Positions 26,713 through 39,284 of a stretch of 64,000 nt of DNA are shown piece by piece. Source of the stretch: Eledone cirrhosa (lineage: Eukaryota). The stretch spans positions 272,242,001-272,306,000 of the forward strand of contig OZ024740.1 of NCBI GenBank assembly GCA_964016885.1, written 5' to 3'. Made by a program: the position numbers and the translations under genes. The notes under the pieces are model-generated. The model did no database searches. It saw nothing but the letters and a program-made list of their open reading frames with translations, and was not told the DNA's origin. How positions within the stretch are numbered: position 1 is the first letter of the stretch; each line of letters begins with the position of its first letter.

Positions 26713-26936
26713 ATAGGAACAAGTAAGACCCCGACGGCTGAGCTCAAGCCGTTTCGACGGCTAATTCTGGACTGAATGAAAATTTATTCTGGTATTTAAA
26801 TATATATATATATGAAGATAGACATAGAATATTCGAAAATATTCTGTATGTTTATAATAAACATTTTGAAGACCTAATCGCTATAGAATAGAATACGTCA
26901 CGTATTACAATTAGATTCTCGATAAAAGCAAGGGAA

Positions 26937-26979
26937 GTAACCTACGCGTTTCATTCTTATTAGAAATCTTCAGGATTAC
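26937..26979 (-). ncRNA. Minimal type-I hammerhead ribozyme (310-bp repeat, unit 1)
   Basis: Minus strand GTAATC-CTGAAGA-T-TTC TAATAA GAA-T-GAA-ACGCGT-A-GGTTAC: stem I GTAATC/GGTTAC, palindromic stem III, GUA cleavage site. Confidence 0.85.
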
Positions 26980-27246
26980 ATATCCAGTGCTTTTATCGAG
27001 AATGACACAGCTAGAGACTTATAGAATACTTAGCTGTGTACAGGAACTGGTTTGAAAGAGCGGTTGCCGGTCCGGCAGAAATTAAAAATTGGATTAAATG
27101 CTCTGAAATAGCGATATATATGTGAAGATAGACATAGAATATTCGAAAATATTCTGTATGTTTATAATAAACATTTTGAAGACCTAATCGCTATAGAATA
27201 GAATACGTCACGTATTACAATTAGATTCTCGATAAAAGCAAGGGAA

Positions 27247-27289
27247 GTAACCTACGCGTTTCATTCTTATTAGAAATCTTCAGGATTAC
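27247..27289 (-). ncRNA. Minimal type-I hammerhead ribozyme (310-bp repeat, unit 2)
   Basis: Identical to 26937-26979, shifted by 310 nt. Confidence 0.85.
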
Positions 27290-27713
27290 ATATCCAGTGC
27301 TTTTATCGAGAATGACACAGCTAGAGACTTATAGAATACTTAGCTGTGTACAGGAACTGGTTTGAAAGAGCGGTTGCCGGTCCGGCAGAAATTAGAAATT
27401 GGATTAAATGCTCTGAAATAGCGATATATAGGTACGCGTAGGTTACTTCCCTTGCTTTTATCGAGAATCTAATTGTAATACGTGACGTATTCTATTCTAT
27501 AGCGATTAGGTCTTCAAAATGTTTATTATAAACATACAGAATATTTTCGAATATTCTATGTCTATCTTCACATATATATCGCTATTTCAGAGCATTTAAT
27601 CCAATTTCTAATTTCTGCCGGACCGGCAACCGCTCTTTCAAACCAGTTCCTGTACACAGCTAAGTATTCTATAAGTCTCTAGCTGTGTCATTCTCGATAA
27701 AAGCACTGGATAT

Positions 27714-27756
27714 GTAATCCTGAAGATTTCTAATAAGAATGAAACGCGTAGGTTAC
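27714..27756 (+). ncRNA. Minimal type-I hammerhead ribozyme (inverted unit)
   Basis: GTAATCCTGAAGATTTCTAATAAGAATGAAACGCGTAGGTTAC read directly on the plus strand. Confidence 0.85.
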
Positions 27757-28012
27757 TTCCCTTGCTTTTATCGAGAATCTAATTGTAATACGTGACGTAT
27801 TCTATTCTATAGCGATTAGGTCTTCAAAATGTTTATTATAAACATACAGAATATTTTCGAATATTCTATGTCTATCTTCACATATATATCGCTATTTCAG
27901 AGCATTTAATCCAATATATATATATGTAAAAGGTAAACAGAAATAACAACACAATCGTAACAGTATATGGAAGGGATATATTAGGTTAACGCTTGATATA
28001 GCAGGAAGAGGG

Positions 28013-28048
28013 TCTTAACGTTTCGGACGCTAGTCTTTCATCAGAAGA
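28013..28048 (-). ncRNA. Minimal type-I hammerhead ribozyme (third sequence family)
   Basis: Minus strand TCTT-CTGATGA-AA-GAC TAGC GTC-C-GAA-ACGT-T-AAGA: stem I TCTT/AAGA, canonical CUGAUGA, palindromic ACGT stem III, GUU site. Confidence 0.72.
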
Positions 28049-28544
28049 AAGAATGAGAAATAAGATAGATTGAAGGGACAGGCGGGATGGAATTGGAAAA
28101 AAATATATTTAGATAAAAATAACAGGTCCATTCATGTTGACATCTCTTAAAATAAGAACAAAGTAGAGGTGTTACATATGAGATTTATTGCTTAACGCAG
28201 TTACAAATGTTTCCCAGGCAGCTGGCTCGTGATCTGGGATCATCATCCCAGACCAGACTCCAAGTCTGCCTGATTCTTAGACCAGTGTTAACACAACAAA
28301 AATCACATCGAATCTGAAAACGAACCAGCCAGACACAAACAAGTCTATAGAATGACCAATCACGGGCCTAGAATCCAACGGACCCACGTATCCCAAGCAT
28401 TACAAGAAAATAACTGTTATAAACAAAAAGAAAAACAAAAACAAAATATGCAACATCTCCACTTTGTTATTATATACACTCTGCTCTGCATCGAGTGTTG
28501 ACATTAATACTCTCACCAGTTTTCTCCGGACTTACTGAACCTTT

Positions 28545-28660
<116 letters not shown>

Positions 28661-29327
28661 GTTATACTTGGGGAGGGTCATATTTGTGTAATATTGCCAG
28701 AATTAATAACAGAACACACTCACTGTTTGGTTGGTTTTCGCTTCTGTGTATTTTATATCGGTAATCTAACTTACACGGTCAAAAATAATACAGATACAAT
28801 ATAGACACAAACACATATATATAGTTGGGGGCTTTGGAGCTTAGGCCAATCCCTTAGTACAGACATATACAGGTACACGCACCCACCCACACTTGTATAC
28901 CTCTGGATGCGTGTATATGTCTATATACACATATGCACTCATACAAGAGAGCATACACAAATATACTCTTAAGCATACACTCGAACATTTTTTAAATGTA
29001 ATCTGGGGTATTAGTATTTCGTTGCGTTCACATAAGTGTGTACATTCACCTAATCCCAGTATACACACACAACGCACGGTTGCGGGCACGCATTCATGCG
29101 TATAGGGTTATTACCTTAGGATAATTGTTCTTCCTGTGTGATAATTGTTCTTCCGAGGGGGGGGGGGCTCCTCAGGTTCAATAAACGTGGTTTTACTGAC
29201 TCCTTGGACAATCCACCGTAGGGACTACAAACTATGGGTGGTTGTTGTTGCCCATTGGTCATTGGTACGGGGTGTAGGGGACCTACGGGGGGGGGGGGGG
29301 GGCGTTGTGGGAGGCGATAACTGGAGT

Positions 29328-29561
29328 TTATCCATATAGCTTGAGGAAAGTTCCCGTCCTTAGGTGTCTGCAGGCGCCGAATAAGTCGGCCCTTCTGTTT
29401 AATAGCTTGGTTCCGCCATGAAGTATCTCGAGTGTCTCACTAAGACAGAGGTTGCAAATACCAGACCCACCTCTGTCTGGGGGAACCTTTCTAATCACGG
29501 ACCAGACCAGGGAGTGCGGTGTCTTTTCGAGTTTGAGCTTCCAGATCAATTCAGAGATCAA
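29328..29561 (-). pseudogene. C-terminal fragment of a Penelope-like element GIY-YIG region (second family)
   Basis: SELIWKLK...VWSVIRKV...CNLCLSETLEIL..LLNRRADLFGACRH resembles the PLE C-terminus pattern IW.LK..W.I..CNLCL.EK..LLN.R.E...CRH. Truncated against (TA)n at 29563. Confidence 0.72.
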
Positions 29562-30117
29562 TTATATATATATATATATAATTGGTGTGGGATGCTTAAA
29601 GCGTCCGTAAGCGGTAGGCCGTTTGAGCACTCGATGCTCTTACAGAGCAGAGTATAATATCACATAAGAAACGGAGAATCAGTGTTGCGACGAATAAAAT
29701 TTATTAGACATATTACAATCGTTTCTATGGCGACCAGCTCGAGGCACGATCGATGCAATGATCGAACCTGACTTTGAAATCGCAAGAACCTCAGATACGT
29801 CTCGATTCTACGAAGCAGAGTTTCCAAATGGAAACTCTGCTAATCAGGAAGTTGAATGCTCGTTGTTTGTGTTAAGATACAAAGTATTTTTACGATTAAG
29901 ACACTTTACTTTCAATGGGATAATGATTGGCAAGGTGATATGATTCACTTTAGCAAATAAACAATCATGCTATTTTAGGTCTGACCTAAACAATAATAAC
30001 AATAACTAATAGCTCTATGAATTCAATTGACATTTCTTATTCAAGCTTGCATTATAACGACTAAATGGAGACTACTTCATGTGAGGTATGAGTGTAAATC
30101 TTGCGTGTTATATAGTA

Positions 30118-30306
30118 CTAGACTACCCGTGACCTGTTGAGTCACCAATAGTTTAAGGTACCCGAAAACACCGCGTATCTCGGGAACCCAGGGTCCGATT
30201 TACGCGAAACTTGTTTTATTCCATTTGAATTCCCATTTCAGCGTCAACTTCCTTTCAAACTATTTTCCCATCATGCACCCTTTTGGCTGTATTACATTAC
30301 AGACAA

Positions 30307-30346
<40 letters not shown>

Positions 30347-30371
30347 CCACAGACTTTTAGTAGTATATAGA
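30118..30371 (-). mobile_element. Non-autonomous Helitron (short variant, 254 bp)
   Basis: Minus strand A|TCTATATACTACTAAAA ... (TTGC)n ... GTGACTCAACAGGTCAC hairpin ... GTCTAG|T: 5'-TC, 3'-CTAG, A/T insertion site, no TSD. Confidence 0.82.
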
Positions 30372-31059
30372 TAGTGAAGGTTCGTGGCTTTGTGGTTAGG
30401 GTATTCAGCTCACAATCGTAAAGCCCTGAGTTTGATTCCCGGCAGCGTGGTGTATCCTTGAGAAAAAAACTTAACTATACATAAGATATTTGACTGTCAA
30501 TTCAACAGTGCTAAGTTCATTCCCACTGGAGGCATAATATGTATAGCAGATATTTTGAGAAAATGTCAAGAGATCAACTTATTTAATGCTGTAAAAGAGG
30601 ATCTAAGTAACGCCTAACGGCAACAGGCTACCAAGACATGCGGAAATTAATATAATCATGCGTTTCCTATCTAAACTCAAGTGTTCTGGATCTAGTTGGA
30701 TTTGAACGCTGTGATGGGTTCAGGCGAGACGGATAACATCTTTTCTTTGGTAACGTATAATTATCTCAATTGGCATGTTTCGCTCAGTTTCGTTCAGTCT
30801 CAAGTAGTCGAGTGAGCAATGTATGCTGAAGTAATGAAGTCCCAAAATTACTGAAATATTATTAGCCCTGTCATATTTCAATCATAAAAAAACCCAAAAC
30901 AAATGAGCCTTTGGTCTCTACCTTCAAGTTCATCTCTGAATTGAGACAGAAATTGTCAGAGAGGCAATCAACCCCTCACAAGCCATCTAGCTGTGTTATA
31001 CATATTAATTGCTACTACATTGGGTAATTCGGCTAGTGATGTTTCCTCTTCCATCGACT

Positions 31060-33255
31060 TAATAAATTTCTACTTTAGGCAGAAGGCCAGTAATTTGGGG
31101 GGAGGGGAAAGCCGATTAAATCGAAACCAGTACGTTACTGCTACTTTATTTTATCGACCCCGTACGGATGAAAGGCAAAGTTAACCTCGGCGGGATTTGA
31201 ACTCAGAACGTAAAGGGCCGTAACTCTATGCTGCAAAACATGGTGTCCGATCCTCTACCGATACTGCCAATTCACCGCCCTCCACCGACTTAATATGAAC
31301 GACAATACAGCATTTTCTACATTCTTCAGTAATCCCCAACCTATGAATAAATATATTTTTTAACCCCTCTTTGCTTTTTATAAGCAGAATTATCATTGAT
31401 AGCTTTATAACTTTAGTCAATCTAATAATTGTTTCTACTTTTGGCACAAGGCCAGCAATTACTCAGTACATTACTGGTACTTTATTTTATCGACCCCATA
31501 AGGGTGAGAGGCAAAGTTAACCTCGACGGAATTTGAACTCAGACCGTAAAGGGACGTAACTATGCTAGAAAGCATGGCGTCCAACCCTATCATGTGTAAT
31601 CATTATCTCAACCTACATTTTTAAGAGTCACTGTTCCATAAGCTGCAGAATTAAAGATATTTCGTCTCAAATTAAGATACTTAAATATCGTGTCAGTAAA
31701 AGGAAAAACAAATATGTAGAATACACAAAAAACATTACTTTTTACTTTAATTTTTATTTTATTTATTCCTGTTGAGGATTATAGCTCTGAAAGAGAACCT
31801 GTAGTTTTAACAACTGTAGGTTGACATTTCGACCTAAATTATAATTTCTCAGTTGCTAGAACCACGTCTTTTAAATAGATTACATTTTACCAGTACTGAA
31901 AAACAGGAGTAAAAAATTGAAGTAAAAAGTAATGTTTTTGTGATTCCTACATATTTTAACACAAGACCAGCAATTATCCTAGACATTACTTTATTTTATC
32001 GACCTCAAAAGGACGAAAGGCAAAGTTGACATCGGCGGGATTTGAACTCCGAGAGCAGAAAGCAGGAACGAATACCGTAAAGCATTCTATTCGACGTTCT
32101 AACGACTCTGGCAATTCGCCGCCGTTTTAATATAATGTTAGCCGAAGAGTTGTGGGTTGGCAGAATTGGTAGAGCGTCGGGTAAAAGGCCATTGTGGTAT
32201 TTGTCTTTGCTCCTTACATTCTGATTTCAAAAGCCGCTGAGGTTAAATGCTTTACTTTCATGCTCCCTGACATTGTGCCTAAATTAGAAATCAATATAAT
32301 TGTTTCTACTTTAGGCACAAGGCCAGCAATTACCCAGTACATTACTGGTACTTTATTTTATCGACCCCGTGAGGATGAAAGGTAAAGTCAACCTCGGCGG
32401 GATTTGAACTCAGATTGTAAAGGGACGTAACTATGCTGGAAAGCATGGCGTCCGACCCTCTACAGATACTGCCAATCCACCGATACTACCAATCCACCAT
32501 AGAAATCAATATAATGCTGGCCGAATCACTCCATTAAAAAATAAATATGGATTGTGCTTCGGTAAAATAAATCCCTATTTTCATCCAAATACATTCTTCT
32601 GTGAAAAAGCTGGGGAATATCTCACGGGATAAAAAAATAAGTCTTTATTCATATATAACTGTCTCTACTTTTGGTACAAGGCCAGCAATTACTCCAGTGT
32701 ATTACTGGTGCTATAGTTTATCGACCCCGTAAGGATGAAAGGCAAAGTTAATCTTAGCAGGATTTGAACTCAGACCGTAAATGGCCATAACTCTATGCTG
32801 CAGAGCATGGTATCCGACCCCCTACCGATATTGCCAATCCCATTGCTGGTTTTGTTGAGATTCGCTGCTGATTTTGTAATGGATGCCCTAACTTCAACTG
32901 CTTCGTCTAATATGTATATATGGTCCCGTAACTGATAATAGAGCCGTAGGGGCGCTGTAATGACGTACAGCGTTTCTTGGGCACTTTTAAGCTTGGCGGA
33001 GCCCATCCCTTTTCAGGCCTGAGTACAGCAGATTTCTTCCAGAGAAGGATAGAGAAAATGAAAAAGAGGAAATGAGAAAAAAATATAGGAAGAATCGACC
33101 CTAGTACAAGACTGGCACTTTTTTTTATCGACCTCGAAAGTATGAAAGGCAAAGTTGACCTCGGTGGGATTTGAACTCAGAGAGCAGAAAGCCGGAACAA
33201 ATACCATAAAGTATTCTATCCGACGTTCGAACAGCACTACCAATTTGCCGCCTTT
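31060..33255 (-). mobile_element. Cluster of about 7 family-1 SINE copies, mostly minus strand
   Basis: TTTTATCGACCCC..GATGAAAGGCAAAG..GATTTGAACTC at about 31150, 31490, 32000, 32360, 32720 and 33130, plus one degraded plus-strand copy near 32150. Confidence 0.88.
31711..31956. mobile_element. AT-rich MITE/foldback with ~45-bp terminal inverted repeats
   Basis: AAATATGTAGAATACACAAAAAACATTACTTTTTACTTTAATTTTT versus AAAAAATTGAAGTAAAAAGTAATGTTTTTGTGATTCCTACATATTT. Confidence 0.7.
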
Positions 33256-33902
33256 CGTCTAATAGTGAAATGAGCGAACAGCCACAAGGCAGAATCATAC
33301 TCATACCCTTTGTTGGGTCAATTTGATATTGGATTCAGCAAGTAATGAAATATTAACTAGACATCAGCCAAGAATCGAAACAAACATTTTGAGCTTTAAG
33401 GCTGTTTCTAGAAAGTATCAAGTTTTGATGTTTTTATACCTGTGCCAACTTGAGCGGCCTGTTCTTAATTAGTCGTGACGAAATTCTTCAATCTACACAG
33501 GGTTTCATTTTAAGACAGTGCTACAATCCTCGCATGCTTTCACTTCTGCAGTGTTTGATATCAATTCCATTTTCAACCCATCTGGAATATTTCATTATTT
33601 GTTTATTAAAAAATAAGAAAAGTAAGAAATAGCCAAACTAAAACAATCAAACAAAGAAAACAAAACAAAAAGCACTAAATTTTGAGACTTTTCCTTCTTT
33701 TTTTTTTTTGCAGCGTGTATTACTTTGTTTTTCTTTTCTTTCTTTCTAATAAGCCATTGTCTTCATAAAACTCTATTATCTGATAATAAATACGATACAC
33801 ACACACATACACTCTCTCTCTCATACACACATACACACACACTCACATACATACCCACACGCATGCCCACACACTCACACACGCACACACACTACACACA
33901 CA

Positions 33903-33933
<31 letters not shown>

Positions 33934-34352
33934 TCACATACATACCCACTCACGCATTCTTTTGTAAAATATTTCACTTTTTTTCTTTGTCTACAAAGGT
34001 CACCGAGATCGTAAAATACTGTTTACAGACAAAACCCAGAAAAACAGAAGGAAAAAAAAAGGAAGAGAAACAAATAGGAAAATGGACAAAAATATTTAGG
34101 GGTTTTGATATTTTTCATTATTTTTTTCATTGTGTACTTCCATGCTGTCTGAATATTAAAATAACAAAGTTGTTTTAAATATTTATTGAACCCGACTACT
34201 TGTGGATAGCTATGTGGTACGTAGTTATGTCATATTATGTTTGAAGTTCAAATCTCATTGGGTTTGACTTGATATTTCATCCTCTTTCTGGTGTGTGTAA
34301 GTCAAGTATCATATCAGAAGGTGGGTCTGTTAATACAATCGACAGTAATAAT

Positions 34353-34670
34353 CTTCTTCTTCGCCTACTTATTCATGAGAGGGTCTTAGGGCAAGAATCC
34401 TCAAACACTCCTTCCAGCGGGTCCTGTCAGAAGCAACCATCTCCAACTGATCCGGCTGGATCCCCAGGCTCATGGATGTTATCCAACCATCTTGCTCGGG
34501 GTCTACCCCTGAGTCTCGTGCCGGCTGGTTTTGCCCGTAAAATCTGTCCAACGATTCTTTCCTGAGACATTCTAACCACATGCCTTTAGTATCAGAGCTG
34601 TGATCTCCCAATTTGGAGGAGTAGCAGCTCTACCTAGAATGACTCTCTGATCTCCGAGTTATGCACTTTA
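34353..34670 (-). mobile_element. 3' fragment of RTE-clade LINE (second copy)
   Basis: Homologous to 3741-4084 (GCGGGTCCTGTCAGAAGCAA..CTCCAACTGATCCGGCTG). Translation LGIQPDQLEMVASDRTRWKECL. Short (CTT)n tail. Confidence 0.75.
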
Positions 34671-34982
34671 TCGACAGTAATCACCAACTAAAATTTGTGA
34701 ACTTGTACCAAATTTAGAAACCAACATTTATTGATACTTAAAAGAAAACATTTACAACCATATTTTATTTGTTTTTGCGGTTCTGTAGTCACAGGTAATC
34801 CTTGATTTAGGAGTCCTATGATCAAAGGCATTCTAGCCAAAACTATCCACCTTTTCTCTCCGCCGTATACCGAGTTCAAATGCCTTCGGAATCGATTTCG
34901 CACGAGAAAATAAGTAGCAAGCGTATATAATCGATGCAGTAATCTTCTTGACTCCTAAATGTATGGTGAACATGTGACAATA

Positions 34983-37560
34983 TAACAGTTTCTTATATAG
35001 GCACAAGGCCAGCAATTTTTGGGGAGGAGAAAGTCGATTAAAACGACCCCAGTGCGTGACTGGTACTTTATTTTATCGACCCCGTAAGGATGAAAGGCAA
35101 AGTTAACCTCGGCGGGATTTTGAACTCATATCACAAAGGGCCGTAACTCTATGCTGTAAAGCATGGCGTCCGACCCTCTACCGATACTGCCAATCCACCA
35201 CCCTCAACATGCGACAATATAATAGAATGTTGTTAGAACGACGAGCAAATGTTTGAGGTATTTGTTCTGGCTTTTTACATTCTGACATAAAATCCCGCCG
35301 GGGTCAACTTTGCCTTTCATTTTTTCTGGTCGATTAAATAATCTATCAGTCTAAAGTTTAGGTCGATCTAATCGAATCTAACAATTTCAACTAAATTAGT
35401 GCCCTTGAATCTAAATTAAGAACTATTATCATTCTATGATTTATCAAGGCGCTTGGGTGAATTGAAATGTGAAAATGTTGATGATAATTGTTTCTGATTT
35501 AGGCGCAAGGCCAGCAATTTGAAGGGAGGGGGAAGTCGATTAAATCATCCCCAGTACATTACTAGTGCATTATTTATCGACTCTGTAAGGATGAAAGGCA
35601 AAGCTAATGCCGGTGGGATTTGAACTCAGAACGTAAAGGGATGTAATTCTATGCCACTAACCATATTGTCCGACGCTTTATCGATACTGCTAATCCACCG
35701 CCCTTATAATGATAATAGCGTTAGTAGATCAGGTAAAATATCCTTGGGGGTGAAAATTCGTAATATTTGTTTATTTCCGGCTCTATCCATTTATAATATA
35801 TAGTTCCTAATTCCGACAAAAAATGTTGGCTGCTGCCGTTTGGGGTAAAGGTAACACATTTGACCGGAATTTAAGAGAAACTGAGTTCGCCTCTCTGTAG
35901 TAGATGCTGGCTACATATTTCTGCATCTATGGATCATTTAGATTTTACTAATTAACATTTCAAGAAAAATGTTTTTTTTCTATGTGAATTTTCTACATAA
36001 AAGGTAGCATTCTATTTCTTGAATTTTTTTTTTCGTTTGTGGAACAAAATGTCTTTAATTTTCTCAACAAACCTTTTTCCTTCTTGCTTTTAAACATGGC
36101 GACCGAAGCAAAATTTCAACAGAAAAAAAAAAGAAAAAAGAAAACAGATATCAAGTTCACCACAGGCAAAACTTCAAATTTATTGTGATAAACTTTTCTT
36201 ATCTTCCCGTGATCGATAAATATATATATCTTAAGTATTGGATTCAATGTATTTAATCATATTTACTCCTCATCAAAATCCGTGGCTTTGTGCCTCTATT
36301 AAAAATATTAATTACTCTCATATGGATGTTAGTCGGCATAATCAGTAGAGCGACTGAAATATACCTTGCTGTATACACTAAGATGTATTATTATAAGAAT
36401 GGGCGGTGGATTGGCAGTATCGGTAGAGGGTCCGACGCCATGCTTTGATGCATAGTTACGGCCCTTGCCATTCTGAGTTCAAATCCTGCCGAGGTTAACT
36501 TTGCCTTTCATCCTTACGGGGTCGATAAAATAAAGTACCAGTAATGCACTGGATAATTGCTGGCCTTGTGCCAAAAGTAGAAACAATTATTATAAGAATA
36601 CACAAGGGCGATAGATTGACAGTATCGATAGAGCGTCGGACGCCATACTTTGCAGCATAGAGTTACAGCCCTTTATGATCTGAGTTCAAATCCCGCCGAG
36701 GTTAGCTTTGCCTTTCATCGTTACGGGAGTCGATAAAGTAAAGCACTAGTAATACACTGGGGTCGATTTAATCAACTTTCCCCTACCCAAAATAGCTGGC
36801 CTTGTGCCTATAATAGAAATCATTATTATAAGAATACGAAACGGTGCTATTACTTTATATAATTTTATCAACGCCAGAAAGATGAAAGTTGACCACAGCA
36901 AGATTGGAACGTAGTAGGTAAAGAGTCCTAACTAAATATCACAAGCCTTTCCTCTGATGCTCTAACGATTCTGCAATGTCAGTCCTATCCAGAACCATAA
37001 AGTAAATACTAGTCATGTAACGGAATCAATTAAATTGATTATCACCACCCACTCCAAAGATTGTCCACGTGTGTCAAATTCTTCTTTTTCCTTTTCCCGT
37101 TAATCCTAAGGGAGTCGAAGGAGCACCTTATTGACATGCGGCATTTAAAACCCGGTGGATCCCATCTCCTCTCCAAGTTTGAATACAGCAGATTTCTTCC
37201 AGAGCAGAGAGCCGAAACTAATACCGCAAAGCGTTCTATTCGACGTTCTAACGACATTGCTAATTCGCCGCCTTGTGTCAAATCACGGGGTCGATAAAAT
37301 AAAGTACCAGTAATACACTGGGATCATTGCTAGCCTTGTGCCAAAAGTAGAAACAATTATTAAAATGGCAGTGGATTGGCAGTATCGATAGAGGGGCTGA
37401 CGCCATGCTTTCCAGCATAGAGTTACGTCCCTTTTCGGACTGAGTTCAAATCCCGCTGAGGTTAACTTTGCCTTTCATCCTTATGGGGTCGATAAAATAA
37501 AGTACCAGTAATGCATTGGGATAATTGCTGGCCTTGTGCCAAAAGTAGAAAGAATTATTA
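34983..37560. mobile_element. Region with at least 8 family-1 SINE copies in both orientations, interspersed with AT-rich DNA
   Basis: Full copies at about 34983-35205 (-), 35483-35704 (-), 36400-36592 (+), 36605-36830 (+) and 37365-37560 (+), plus partial copies. Confidence 0.88.
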
Positions 37561-39209
37561 AAATGGCAGTAGATAGAAAAATCGATTCTGCCACCCAAAA
37601 AGTGGTGTTTAGTCACGTTCTCCAGATAAGGTTGAATTTATCTTTAATTCTTTTTTTTTTGGGTGGTGTGGTGGTGGTGTGGGTGGTATTAGCTAAACTG
37701 GAGAATTGACAGAGTCGTCAGCACGTAGAACAAAGGTGCCTTATGGTATTTGTTCGTGATCTCTGAGCTCTATTTTCGAATCCCGTCGATGTCAACTTAG
37801 CCTTTCATTCTTTATTGGTCGATGAATTAAAATACTAGTCAATAGCGGTGAATTGGGAGGATTATTACAATGTCAGACGAAATACTTTGCGGTATTGAAC
37901 CCAGTTCTTTGTGTACAGGAATTCTAGTATGGAAGATTTTATCCATTGTCCGTTTTAACACCGTCATTGAGCTGCCTTTAGCGGAGTTTTTTGTTGCAAG
38001 TATTCAAATGAGGTCTCCGATTTGAGGATACCTTCCTCACTTCATCCCACTGATTTTTAAGGTCCTGGAAAGAATAATGGTTCACAGCGTGTTGCTTGAA
38101 TAAGCGGTAAAAAAGTAATGGAGAAGTTTTGACCGATTGTACCCATCTCCAACATTTTTAACTTTTTGCCTATTCTGTAAATCATTTCATTTGTGCGAAC
38201 GCAGCATGATCGAATGATGAAGGAATTCACTTCGCAATCATTAGGTCTCGGGTTCGATCCCACAACGCGCAATTGTGAGCAGGTGTTATCTACCATAGAG
38301 TCGTATTGATACATGTCTTATGGCACAAACTGGGTAGACGGAAACTGTTAGGAAGCAAGTCGGATGCACTGTACCTGAAATTGGAAAGGGCAGACTTGTC
38401 ACGTTGAATTTCCCAGAGAATTATGTTAAGAGCATACGTGTCTGCGGAATACTCAGTCAATTGTCCATTAATTTCATGAGCAGGCTTTTCTGTTGATCGA
38501 ACAACTGGAACACTCGTCGTCAAACTCGATGAGGGTCCATTCCATTTTATTAATAGACGGATGAAGGCTGTGGATTGGCAGAATTGGTAGAATGGCCGAA
38601 AAAATAATTATTTTGCAAAATTTAGTCGTCCTTTTATGTTCTGAGTTCAAATCCGACCGAGGTCAACTTTGATTTTTATCCTTCCACGATCAATAAAATA
38701 TAATAGCACTCATTTACTGAGACCGATTCAGCGGACGGTATCACATTCCTGCAAATGTGTGCCTTATACCAATGCAAGAAATAATTATGAATGAATTTGT
38801 TTGCCTTGACTTTTCCATAACAAATAATGTGACTTTAAATTACACATTCTGACATTGAATATTTTGACTCATTCTTTTCCTCATCAGCTTGTTGATTAAT
38901 GCAGCAAAAACAGTAGGCAGCCATTTTGAAATACGGATTATGGAAGATTGGAAGTGACAATTTCAATAAAATACTGTCTGCAGGAAGACAAAGCAAAAAT
39001 GCATGAGAGACAGACAGTCTCTTCAGATATGAATAAAATGTGCTAAATAGAAATAAAATTCATTTATTGACACTTATTTATACAAGAAGTTTCGTCTTTG
39101 TTGATCGTAATGTACAGAAAAATGATATGAGATAGAGTGAAAGTTGCAGACACATTACATGCGCACGGATACACACACTAATTTATGTATAAAGTACAGA
39201 GATAATGAA

Positions 39210-39284
<75 letters not shown>

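Larger units (their letters stand above)
26813..27915. repeat. 310-bp non-coding hammerhead-containing repeat: two direct units (26813-27430) plus ~1.55 inverted units (27434-27915), flanked by (TA)n
   Basis: Unit starts TGAAGATAGACATAG at 26813 and 27123. Reverse-complement TCTATCTTCA at 27561 and 27871 (period 310). Units differ by about one base. Confidence 0.95.

Noticed and set aside
32860-33030. GC-richer unique segment with CTCF-like TAGGGGCGCT and a TGACGT motif
   Set aside because: Imperfect short motifs expected by chance, with no ORF, splice or conservation evidence available.
36400-36500. Possible tRNA genes at A-box/B-box motifs
   Set aside because: They are SINE heads with a long A-B spacing, followed by the SINE core and tail; no clean cloverleaf.
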